Of a DNA stretch of 64,000 bases, positions 54,061 through 64,000 are shown piece by piece. Each line of letters opens with the position of its first letter. Position 1 is the first letter of the stretch. The notes beneath the pieces were generated by a model. It did not search any database. It was not told where the DNA came from and saw only the letters and a program-made list of their open reading frames with translations. Made by a program: the position numbers and the translations under genes. The stretch is from Saccostrea echinata (taxonomy: Eukaryota): NCBI RefSeq assembly GCF_033153115.1, contig NW_026889750.1, positions 45,074,001-45,138,000 on the forward strand, given 5' to 3'.

Positions 54061-54088
<28 letters not shown>
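54061..54088. repeat. (CT)n microsatellite
   Basis: Direct reading. Confidence 0.95.
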
Positions 54089-54091
<3 letters not shown>

Positions 54092-55051
54092 TTCTAAACG
54101 TAAAAGATGCTGAAATATTTTTTTATCTTTGATATTTAAAAATAACAATTTAAAATATATTTCTAATATTCATCTACAATAATTTAAAAATGCGCGTAAA
54201 TGAGGTAAATTTTACTTACAAAGACAGAAAATTAGTGATTTCAATTTGTTCATTGAATTTTATCTCTGTTAGACAAAGTACAAATTATTTTCTCTGTGTT
54301 TTATGGCCGATTAGCTAAAATGTGACTTGAGTCAAGACTCATTACGTACATCTGTGCAGTCGCATTAATGTTCTTCTTAAAGCAATATAAGCTGCGTTTT
54401 TAGAGAATTTTATTTTGCTGTTAAAATGCGCTTTTATGATAAATCTGTATGTAACTTAAACATTTATTATCAATTAGACTAAAATAAAGTATTGAACTGT
54501 TTCAGATGAAAGATTTCTGTAAGCATATTGTCCGAAACTACATTTTCTTCTTGGCTCATGATCTGCATTTCAAAAGAATAAAAATGAAGAGAAAAAGAAA
54601 TTGTGGTTACGTTTTAATTAATATATATTTGTATCACATTGAGTTGTATTTATTTTTATAAGTGTGCAAGTGACTCTTCAATCACTTATTCTTAATTATA
54701 ACTCTTTTTTAAGTCATTTAAATACTCTATGGTTTTGTTCCGATATGATCGTATCAAAGCTCGATGTCAAAAGAAAGATAACTCGTATAATGAAGTCTCT
54801 CCAGAACTCGTCTTCTCATCGATGATTCAAGCATTTTGTTTCTAACCTTTAATCCTTTTAAATTCTATAAGATTTATAAAGATAAGCCTATAAAATGACA
54901 GACATGTACTTTTTGAACATATATGGAGTGACCTAAACATTACCATTATCAAAGATTTTTTTTTCTACAAAAGCTATATTTATGATGAAAGTTTGATCTC
55001 TCCGACAATGACGGGTTTTCTTTGTTCTGACTTCAAAAAATAAACTTAAAG

Positions 55052-55163
55052 AACGGAAAGTTGAAGATAACGAACAGCGATCGATCTAACATGGACATAA
55101 AACACGGATCCCCGTAAATTCCAGAGGTGGGATCAGGTGCCTAGGAGGTCCGTGTTTTATGTC
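55052..55163 (-). mobile_element. Penelope-like 3' end fragment with a small inversion
   Basis: gaagataacgaacag...aacacgga...cagaggtgggatcaggtgcctaggagg, then an inverted tccgtgttttatgtc. Confidence 0.75.
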
Positions 55164-55305
55164 TTTGTAACAACTTATCTGTCAGTAGCACTTCGGTTTA
55201 AAAATTGATCGTACTCAGAGCATGCATGTTCTTGAATATTTCAAAATCATAAGAGATTCTAATTCTTTTTTTTTTTCCTAAATTCCTTTTGAAATCCTCT
55301 CCTTA

Positions 55306-55800
55306 TTTTTTATGCCCCCGTATCGAAGATTCGGGGGTAAATAGTTTTTGCCCTGTCTGTCCGTCTGTCCGTCTGTTTGTTTGTCCGCAAAAACTATAAC
55401 ATTGCCCATAACTTTTAATTGGTTGGAGCTATGGCTTTCATATTTCACATGTGTACTATTCCTTGTGACAAGACCTTCTTTGGATACCACCATATTTGAC
55501 CTTTTGACCTTGACCTTGGAGATTGACCCAGTTTTGCAAAATTTTTCCCAACTTTAACCTTGGCCATAACTTTTGAACAATTGATGCTAGGGCTTTCATA
55601 TTTCACATGTGTAATCCTTGTGACAAGACCTTTTTTTGGATACCAACAACTTTGACCCTTTGACCTTGGAGTTTGACCTACTTTTGAAAAACTTTAACAT
55701 TGACTATAACTTTTGAACGGCTGGTGCTATGGCTTTCGTACTTCACATATGTAATCCTTGTGACAAGACCTTTCTTTGAATACCAACAATTTTTACCCTT

Positions 55801-55831
<31 letters not shown>

Positions 55832-56560
55832 GAAAAAACTATAACATTGGCCATAATTTTTGAACGGCTGGTGCTAGGGCTTTCATATTTCACATATTTA
55901 ATTCTCGTGACAAGACCTTCCTTTGGATACCAACAACTTTGACCCTTTGACCTTGGAGTTTGACCCACTTTTGAAAAACTTTAACATTGGCCATAACTTT
56001 TGAACGGCTGGTGCTAGGGTTTTCATACTTCACATATGTAATCCTTGTGACAAGACCTTCCTTTGGATACCAACAACTTTGACCTTGACCTTGGACTTTA
56101 ACCTTGGACACAACGTTTGAAAAGTTGTTGCTAGGGCTTTCATATTTTATATTTTTTTTTCCTTGTGACAAGACCTTCCTTTGGATACCAACAATTGTAA
56201 TCTATTGACCCTGACCTTGGAGTTTGACCTACTTTTGAAAAACTTTAACCTTGGTCATAACTTTTGAATGATTGGTTCTTCAGCTTTCATAGTACACCTG
56301 TATATTTCTTGTGAGAAGTCCTTTTCTTAGGCACCATTAATTTTGACCATTTGACCTTGATGTTTGACTTACTTTTGAAAAACTTTAACCTTTTCCATAT
56401 CTATTCAATGGTTGCTACTAGGGCTTTCATATTTCACAGGTACATTCCTCGAGACAAGACCTTACTTTGAGTACCAACATATTTGATTTGCATTTGAGAA
56501 AGTTTAACCTTTGTTTTAAGTTGCCATACGGGGACATCAGTGTTTCAAAAACACATCTTT
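55306..56560. mobile_element. Helentron-type non-autonomous element with ~8 tandem units of mostly 140-147 bp
   Basis: T-run, hairpin cccccg..cggggg, (CTGT/CCGT)n, anchors tgacaagacc at 55466, 55621, 55761, 55908, 56048, 56166, 56312, 56452; end gtgtttcaaaaacacatctttt. Confidence 0.88.
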
Positions 56561-57039
56561 TTTTCACTTTATTATCTTTCACTTTGTGTCTTTTCATCAT
56601 TCATAAGAACGCTATTTTAAGAGAATACAACATTGTACGATATATTATTAGCGATAAGATTAACTCGTTCAATACCGTAAATTGCCCTTTACCAGAGTAC
56701 ACCAGAGAGACCGGACGTGTTACATAGAGGTCGAATTATTTCGAATCAATTGGTTTTCAACTTTAAAATTAAACATATAAAATTGTAGAAGTGTGGGGTT
56801 AAGTTGTTTAATTGTAGTGCTAGTTGTTTTTGATGGACAATTTCCTTTGGTTTTGTTTTTGTTTGTTTGTTTGTTTGTTTTGTTTTTTTACTTTCTTGTT
56901 TTCTTGTTCTTGAGGAAGGGATAGGGCGTCCCAATAATTTGACAATTTCTGTTGTTCGTCTCTTTGATCATCTTTAATGCTTTGTCATTTATTGTATAAA
57001 TTTTCATTCATGACCTTGTATGAACCGCGAAGAGAATGT

Positions 57040-58540
57040 ACAGTAATCAAGTTCAAAAGTCCATTAAAACAATGCAGATTGGGAGCAAAACAAACACGGA
57101 TCTCTAAAACCAACAAAGGTGGGATCAGGTGTCATGAAGGAGTAAGCATATCCTGTCGACCGGTTACACCCGCCGTGTGCTCCTTGTTATGAAAAACGGA
57201 AAAATTCGTAGAAAATTCAGTGTGAAAATAATGGCCTAATAATTTCTATGAAAAACGCCTGTCAACATTCGACTTGATAATAGATTATATTTGCTAACAC
57301 GGTCAAAGTATCGACCATAGAATTTGCAAAATGTTGACTTTTGTCCGTACGTAGAATCAACTAGGAGTCAAAAACTCCATATGCAAGTGATGATGGTATA
57401 CTGCTACATAAATAAGGGAAGTTGATATATATATAATAAATAATAATTTTTTTGTTGTTATTTTGTTATTAAGTCTTTTTCTAGTAAACATCCAAATACG
57501 AAATAGATGTGTTAGATTTTGTGATGTCTTTTATTTCGAGTTCAGTGGGATATATCGCATCAGCGTAGTAATAAAGTGAATATTATTAATTGACAAAACG
57601 TCTTCGATATATCAAAATGTCAAAATAAAGGCCACAGCAAGAGACTTCTTCATTCCATGTAGAAGTTTCTGAATGAATTCTGCTTCATATGAATACAAAA
57701 ATAGGTCTGCTATTAACGGGACGCAATTTGTACCAATGGGAATTCCAACAGAATTGGAAGACTTGATCTCCAAACACTACATAGATAATGTCAATCTGAC
57801 TCAGTCAGAAACTTAAGCATTATTTTTATCAACTTCAGAGTACTTGTATGTACAATCAGAATCATTTTTAACAAAATAATTTTGCAAATGACCAATGACA
57901 AGGTAAATAAATTTACGAGTTCCATTTTTATTGAAAAAGCAGTTGTCATTGATGTCAAGAAGCCTGGACTTTAATTTACCGTACGGAAAGTTTGTATAAT
58001 GTGTTGCAAGGTGTTGAAGAAGTACGTTTTGATGCTATTGATTTTGGTAAAATTTTGTGATTTTAAATTTTCTAAAAGTTCATTGGAGTTCTTAAGTAAC
58101 CACATTTCAGTTACACCACTTCTCGAAAATATTGTTGTACACTACTTCTGAAGTTTCTCCTTCGTTTCTGTTAGTATTTTGGCGAGGAGTAAAGAAAGAG
58201 TCTTAGAAGAACATGAACTAGATCCTGCTATGTATCTTTGTTTGTGAGGATGTTGATGTATTTTAGGAATCCATTATAGGTATGGTAATTCAAATTCAAT
58301 TTGATTGTTGGGAATGTTAAAAATATTTAAAACTGACATATGATTTTGAAGAATATTCTCCTTAGAAAGGAAACTGAGTATAAGTTGGATTACCGCTTGC
58401 AGAGTTAACTTTAAGTTCCTCTAAAATACAATTACAGTGGATAATAATGAGCCTTGCAATCAAAGACAAAATGTTGTTACCTTCTTTGTCAGCTGGAACC
58501 AGTACAATTTGATGGTGTATTCATTCAAGAATCTGCATAT
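57040..58540 (-). mobile_element. Long decayed Penelope-like retroelement
   Basis: Reverse strand reads VLVPADK, LPYL*WIPK, YIAGSSSCS, VGIPIGTNCVPLIADLFLYSYEAEFIQKL, FDISK (decayed RYIDD); 3' module at ~57087-57182. Confidence 0.9.
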
Positions 58541-58639
58541 TCACTAAAAACGCACAAGCCGAATAATGAAACGCACATCTTATAGTCATTCAACAAATTC
58601 GATTTTGTATAATTTTTGGAGATCAAATCTTCCAACAAT

Positions 58640-58875
58640 TTGTTAGAATTCCCATGGATTCTATTTGTGCCCCGTTATTAGCAGACCTCATTTTGTATTC
58701 TTTTGAAGCAGAATTTCTTTTAAAAATAAACCTTCAGTATGAAAGGAAATCTCTTGCTGTGGCTTTTAATTTTACATTTAGTTAGATCGGCGACGGTTTA
58801 TCAATTAACAATATTAATTTTCATTCCTACGTTGATTTGATTCATCACATTGAACTCGAAATAAAAAAAGCACTA
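58640..58875 (+). mobile_element. Inverted internal RT fragment of the same family
   Basis: IPMDSICAPLLADLILYSFEAEF...LSINN...ELEIK. Confidence 0.8.
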
Positions 58876-58897
58876 CTTACTCCAACATCCTCTTTCG

Positions 58898-58972
58898 CAC
58901 TCGGCACACCTCGGCCGATTCATACCTCATCATTTGATGAAGGTGACGGAATCAGCCGAGGTTTGCCGAATG
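58898..58972. mobile_element. 75-bp hairpin mini-transposon with a probable 9-bp TSD
   Basis: cactcggcacacctcggccgattc / gaatcagccgaggtttgccgaatg; flanks cctctttcg / cctctttt(g). Confidence 0.75.
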
Positions 58973-58980
58973 CCTCTTTT

Positions 58981-59056
58981 TAGCCTGGTCCCCTGGCTCA
59001 TCCTTGCCTAGTGACGCGGAGTACAAGCAGCAAAACAGGGACAGGGAACCAGGCTA
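58981..59056. mobile_element. 76-bp hairpin mini-transposon, TAG...CTA ends, perfect 9-bp TSD (AcademH-like)
   Basis: gcctctttt|TAGCCTGGTCCCCTG...CAGGGAACCAGGCTA|gcctctttt. Confidence 0.85.
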
Positions 59057-59065
59057 GCCTCTTTT

Positions 59066-60325
59066 GTACCCAATCGCTTCTTCTCGGGCCTTTCCGACTA
59101 GCGGAAAAACAACCTATTACGTAGACGCCATGACAACCCCCCTTTTCACAAACATTGAAATAAATGTGGGAAGACCTCTTATCCGTTGAGTATGGAGTTT
59201 AACGGGAAGTTTCTAGTATGCCGGTCCCCAGAATCACGCGACTGCGCATGAGCGGTTATTTCCCCTGCCGTTGCTATGCAGAATGTAAACAAACCGCCAT
59301 TTTCCCCTCGCTTCAACAAAACACATTCGATCGAGTGATTAGGGTTAGAGTGTATAGTTTTAAGACTGGAACTGTTTTATCAATCCAGTCTTAAATCTTC
59401 CTGATTTTGGGCTAATTCATGTAATTTTTGCTTACAAAAGGCACTGCCAAGTGCCTTTTGTGACCAAAAACTTGCATGAATCAGCCTAATGTCGAACTGT
59501 GCAGCTATATATTATCTTACAGGAGTAAAGCATGAAACATGTAAATTTTGAGCAAACCGTTAATTAAATATCTGTGCGTTGTCTGCGATCTACGGATTAG
59601 GGTTAGAGTATATATAGCTCGGATATTGTGACTGTTTTATAAATTATATGCACCCATGCTCGCATCTCCATCACTTTGGGCTTATTCATACAATTTTTGC
59701 TTACAAAAAAACAGGAAAGTTTTGTGACCGAAACTTTGATGAATTAGCCTTGGTTTAATACCGAAACATGCCCGATATTGTGCGCTAAGTTTAGGCAGGT
59801 TAATTATTGGTAAAGGCGACTTACCGTTTACTTGAGCTCGATTTCCCAACCTCTGAATGTTCATATTTAGAATATTTTTCCTTTCAAATCGATGGTGATG
59901 CACAATCCAATCAACCAACTACTAGTAATTAGTTACAACTTGTTAAATCCCTGCATTTCTCACAAAAATCTCGCAATTTTAGTAGCATTTCACTTTGAGT
60001 CCTATCAACTATTTCTTCATTACGTCAAAACACAAGTGACGCACGTCATGAATATTTATGAGATTACGTCAAAAACTGATCATGTGACCATATTCCTAAA
60101 CAACGCAAGATGGAGTTTTACTTACTAAACAAGTACGTTATTTTACGAAATCTTTTAATTCTCATTTTAAAAACTGTGTTTAAAAACCAGTTTTTTTAAA
60201 CCCAATTTTTTGCAAGGCATACGAATTTTGGTTCAATTTTCCGATTTGTGGCCTTTTTATCGATTTTTGTCGATCGCTCACGCGATCGTATTATAATGTA
60301 CGCCGCCTTCGGCGGCACCTATTTT
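59066..60325 (+). mobile_element. Probable Helitron/Helentron-like non-autonomous element
   Basis: CpG-rich head; ~258-bp internal tandem dimer (59337, 59595); terminal hairpins CGATCGC..GCGATCG (60271-60288) and GCCGCC-TTC-GGCGGC (60302-60316). Confidence 0.55.
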
Positions 60326-60499
60326 AGCACCATATTTACAGGGACCGGCATACTAGAAGTGTTCCAGACCCGAGATGATGCGATTGCTTTTGTACCAAAA
60401 TCAGTTGAGAAACATAAAAAGGTAATTATAGTGAAATACTGCTTCAAAAAATATAGAGGAAGTTATTGATGGAAAGGCTCAAGATTTTGTGGATTAAGT

Positions 60500-60990
60500 T
60501 TTTGAAAATTCATATTCGATTTACACCACTTCTTGAATATGTCTGAAGCTTCATTTTTACAGTTAATATTTTGTGAGAAGTGAAGATATGGGCTTGGTAG
60601 AACATTAACTAGATCCTGCAATGTATCTTTTTATGATTTTATGAAGTTTTAGAATCCAGCTTAGGCACATAAAGTACTGTAAGATACTGTAGAAGTACTT
60701 TTTTTTCACGTGTTATTAATTTACGCTATAAATGTAAACAGTCACAAATTTTCCGCGAAAATATTTGTCCTAGCGTACTCAATGTACCATTTAAGACATA
60801 TAGTGGCAATCCAAGAATTTTCACCCGCGAATTGAACAGAAACTGGAAGGGAACTGGAAGGGAACAATAAGTATAAGTTGGATTACCAGAAGTGGAATTG
60901 AAGCCAAGTTTTTTCTAAAATGCAGTTGAAATAATGAGTCTTACGAAGACGATATTGTTACAAGCCGTCTCAGAACCATAACATATTGTT
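60500..60990 (-). mobile_element. Highly decayed Penelope-like RT N-terminal fragments
   Basis: tacaccacttct, actagatcctgc.atgtatct and gtataagttggattacc are shared with 58110-58400. Confidence 0.65.
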
Positions 60991-61509
60991 CATGTAGTCT
61001 TCCATATATTCTTTCATTATCTAATGTGTACAGAAGACAGAAGACGGAGGGTTAAATGGTACGTATTTGCTCTTAATATAATTGTCTAATACGATTCTAA
61101 TACATCTAAAACCATTTATCCCTTGACAAAGTGCTAAGATCCCCCCATTCATATTTAGCCCCTCATCTAGCATACTCCTAGACAGAATTCATAATAGAAA
61201 TGAAGTTCCGTCGCCGTTTGAAAGATCGGGGGCTTCCTGAATTTTAATCTTTTAAAATGATTGTTTTGGGGTCGTCATTTTCAACTATATTACAACACAA
61301 GTAAGGATGTGTCCAACAAGAAAAATATATTTTTGTCTGTTTTTATAACATAAAAAAAACATGCTGTGACTTTTCCTTTCAAAAAAAGAACTACTTTACC
61401 AAATACCACTGACTTGATTATTATAAAAAAATATATAATAAAACAAAATATTATTAAAAATCCACATGCCAGTTTTTAATATTTTCAAACATGAATTAAA
61501 TTACACTTT

Positions 61510-61730
61510 GAAATATGGAGATAACGAACAGTATTTAAGCTCAAAGTCCATTTAAAAAAAAATACAAATCGGGAGCAGAGGAAACACAGACCTCCAAAAA
61601 CACCAGAGGCGGGATCAGGTGCCATGGAGGAGTAAGCATTCCCTGCCGACCGGTCACACCTGCCGTGTGCTATTTGTCATGATCGGGTAAACGGAAAAAT
61701 CTGTAGGAATTTCAGTATGTACATAATGAC
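61510..61730 (-). mobile_element. Penelope-like 3' end, inverted relative to the adjacent body
   Basis: Reverse complement of the 3' module. Confidence 0.88.
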
Positions 61731-61734
61731 TTAT

Positions 61735-62828
61735 CTGTACAGGATTCAAAAACTTAAAAAATAAAAATCCTTACAAAGATACAAGTACCGGTACATGTTC
61801 TACCAAGCATCTTTCTTTACACCTGACGAATATATCAACATCAGTAAAGGAGAAACTTTAGCAGTTCTAAGCGACAACATATTTGAGAAAATGTGTTAAT
61901 TTGAAATCACAAAATTTTGCTAAAATCAATAGTATCAAAACGTATGACCTTTCAACATTTAATTCAGCCATTCCTCTTGATAAATTAAAGATAAGGCGTT
62001 TTGACCTCATAGACAACTGCATCTTCAATAAAAAATGTAACTTGGAGACCAAGTTTTCTAAAATACCATAGTATTTCTCACAAGTACTAATTGTGCCTCC
62101 TGTTTTTGTATTCTTATGATTAAGCAGAAATTATTCAAAAACTCTCCCTTGCCGTGTTCTTCATTCCGACATTTAGATATATTTACAACTTTTTGTCAAT
62201 TAACTAAATTAATTTCATTCTTTATGATTCGATGTACATGTACCCCGGTATATCCCACTAAACTCGAATAAAAACACCACAGAGTCTAACTCATCTGTTT
62301 CATTTTTTGAGTGTTTAACTAGATAGACATCCGTGGAGGAGTAAGCAAAGTAAAAACTAAATTTTATGGTTAACATGAGGATTTACCTTTTTTTTTATTG
62401 TCAACTTCCTTTATTTATGCAGCAAGATACCATTACCACCTGCATATGGTGTTCATATCTCACAGTTGATCCGATAAGCAACAGCGTGATTTTTCACACC
62501 AAGGCAGGCTACTGATAATTAAGTTGGTGTTAAAGGGTGTCAACAACCTGCATTAAACTCAATAATTTGTAAATTATATGGTCATGACAATGCCTTGATT
62601 GTAAATACAACCTGTCTGTTAGTTTTTAATGTTTTTAAAAGAAATTGTTAGGCCATTATTTTCATATACTGATTTGTCTACGTAGTACAGGTTACTCGAT
62701 TCGCCCGATCAAAACAAAGGGCACACTGCAGGTGTAAACGGTCTACAGGGAATGCTTACTCCTCCATGGCACCTGATCTTGACTCTGAAGTTTCTAAGGG
62801 TCCATGTTTGTTCTGCTTTCAATTTGTA
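61735..62828 (+). mobile_element. Decayed Penelope-like RT plus 3' end
   Basis: ORF 61883..62071 contains INSIKTYDLSTF..IPLDKLK.R.FDLIDNC; later FRYI, PPAYGV.ISQLIR; 3' module at ~62719-62813. Confidence 0.85.
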
Positions 62829-62899
62829 ATACCTACATCTACGTATCCCTTAAATAAATATCATTACATTTTTCTTATTTATTAGACACTCAGATGCTC

Positions 62900-63066
62900 G
62901 ATTTGTTGGTTGATTGTTGTTTTCCATTCCTTGCAAAAAATTTTCACTCATATAGAGACGTCACCATATACCGTGAAGGGCTTAAAATTTATCTTTACTC
63001 GGCACTCAGGGGGGCATTGAGCAGTGAGAGTTCTTTACTGTGCAAATGCCTAACGTGACACAGACC
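62900..63066 (-). mobile_element. SINE 3' fragment
   Basis: (TTGG/TTGA)-like tail, then gagacgtcacca...gtgaagggc...ctcggcactca...cattgagcagtgag, which I recognise as a common oyster SINE body; tRNA head absent. Confidence 0.5.
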
Positions 63067-63169
63067 CCTGACTCAATGGGACATGATGAAATAGGTGAAG
63101 ACAACAAACAACTAACATCTGGAGTAAAGAAGACGATCTTTAGAAATTACATTGTTTTTGTTAGTTTTG

Positions 63170-63545
63170 GCCCCACCCCTCAGCCTCCCTCGTAAATCAC
63201 AAAATTGATTATATAGTGAAAGTGCATTTTTTAAAAAAATCTTTTCTACTTCTGGGTATTTAGCAAACATACTAAGTACATGGTTATGATATGGAAGAGT
63301 GCCTCTTTCAAAATTTTGAATTTCATGGTCTCTGGGTCAGGGGTTCTGGTGTTGTTAGGGCGGGGCTCTAATGACCATATAGTGAAAATTTTGCTTTTTT
63401 TTTTTAAAGAAAATCTTTTATAGCAGACATGCTAAGTGAATGGTTATGATGAGCAAGGATGTTTCTCCCAAAGTTATGAATTATGTGGCCCCTGGATCAG
63501 AGGTTCTGGTAATACGGTTAGGTTCTATTGATAATATAGCGAATA
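63170..63545 (-). repeat. Two degenerate units related to the 166-bp satellite family
   Basis: atatagtgaaa...aaatctttt...ctaagt..atggttatgat...gg.tcag.ggttctggt occurs twice; antisense resemblance to the 44954 array. Confidence 0.6.
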
Positions 63546-64000
63546 ATTTATATTTTAAAACAAGCTAAGCACACCACAAATAATTTTGAATGTTTTATTT
63601 CTTGTCCTTGATCATTTGGTATCCAATCAAGATAAATCTGTTTTTAATTTCACAAATTAAAACAGAAAAAATAAATCCAAATCCGCTAATGGGGGTTGAA
63701 AATACACAGTAATATCACAGAATATCTTTAGTAAGAATACAACCAATATCCATCACATGTACGCACATACACACCCACATACATACACACATTTATTGTA
63801 ATTGCAAACCGGGTAATAATACAACCATTGCTGACTCAGAAACTGTCTAATTCCCACCTTCTCTAATCACATAACCTTTCTTATCATTTTTTTAGTGTAG
63901 CCTTTTATTGTATTGCTCCGTAACTGTCTGTTTTGGGGGCCTGGTGGTAGATTAATCCTCTCTGTCTCTGACGGTGGAATTTGACAGCATGACAAGCGAA

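Noticed and set aside
59339-59348. TTAGGGTTAG as interstitial telomere or telomerase healing
   Set aside because: Fewer than two repeats, and part of the 258-bp repeat unit.

Overview
AT-rich animal genomic DNA with three assembly gaps, most likely an oyster (Ostreidae, inferred from the repeat families). The only host protein-coding gene I can support is the 5' half of a COE (Collier/Olf/EBF) transcription factor on the minus strand. Six coding exons lie at 5125->43 with canonical GT-AG introns and a continuous reading frame that includes the zinc-knuckle DNA-binding domain; the gene continues off the left edge. The remaining ~59 kb is an upstream gene desert. It contains unique, motif-rich islands (candidate enhancers, with perfect COE sites suggesting autoregulation) and many transposon relics: about a dozen decayed Penelope-like retroelement fragments (probably Naiad-type), Helentron-type non-autonomous elements carrying 166-bp and 140/146-bp tandem arrays, a deleted Tc1/mariner, MITEs, nested 75-bp hairpin elements with 9-bp TSDs, a SINE fragment and mini/microsatellites. 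The best candidate for something undescribed is a ~93-nt structured RNA module at the 3' end of the Penelope-like elements (three-way junction, possible pseudoknot, two palindromic hexamers), present in at least 10 copies. Family names come from motif recognition by eye, not database searches, and TE boundaries are approximate.
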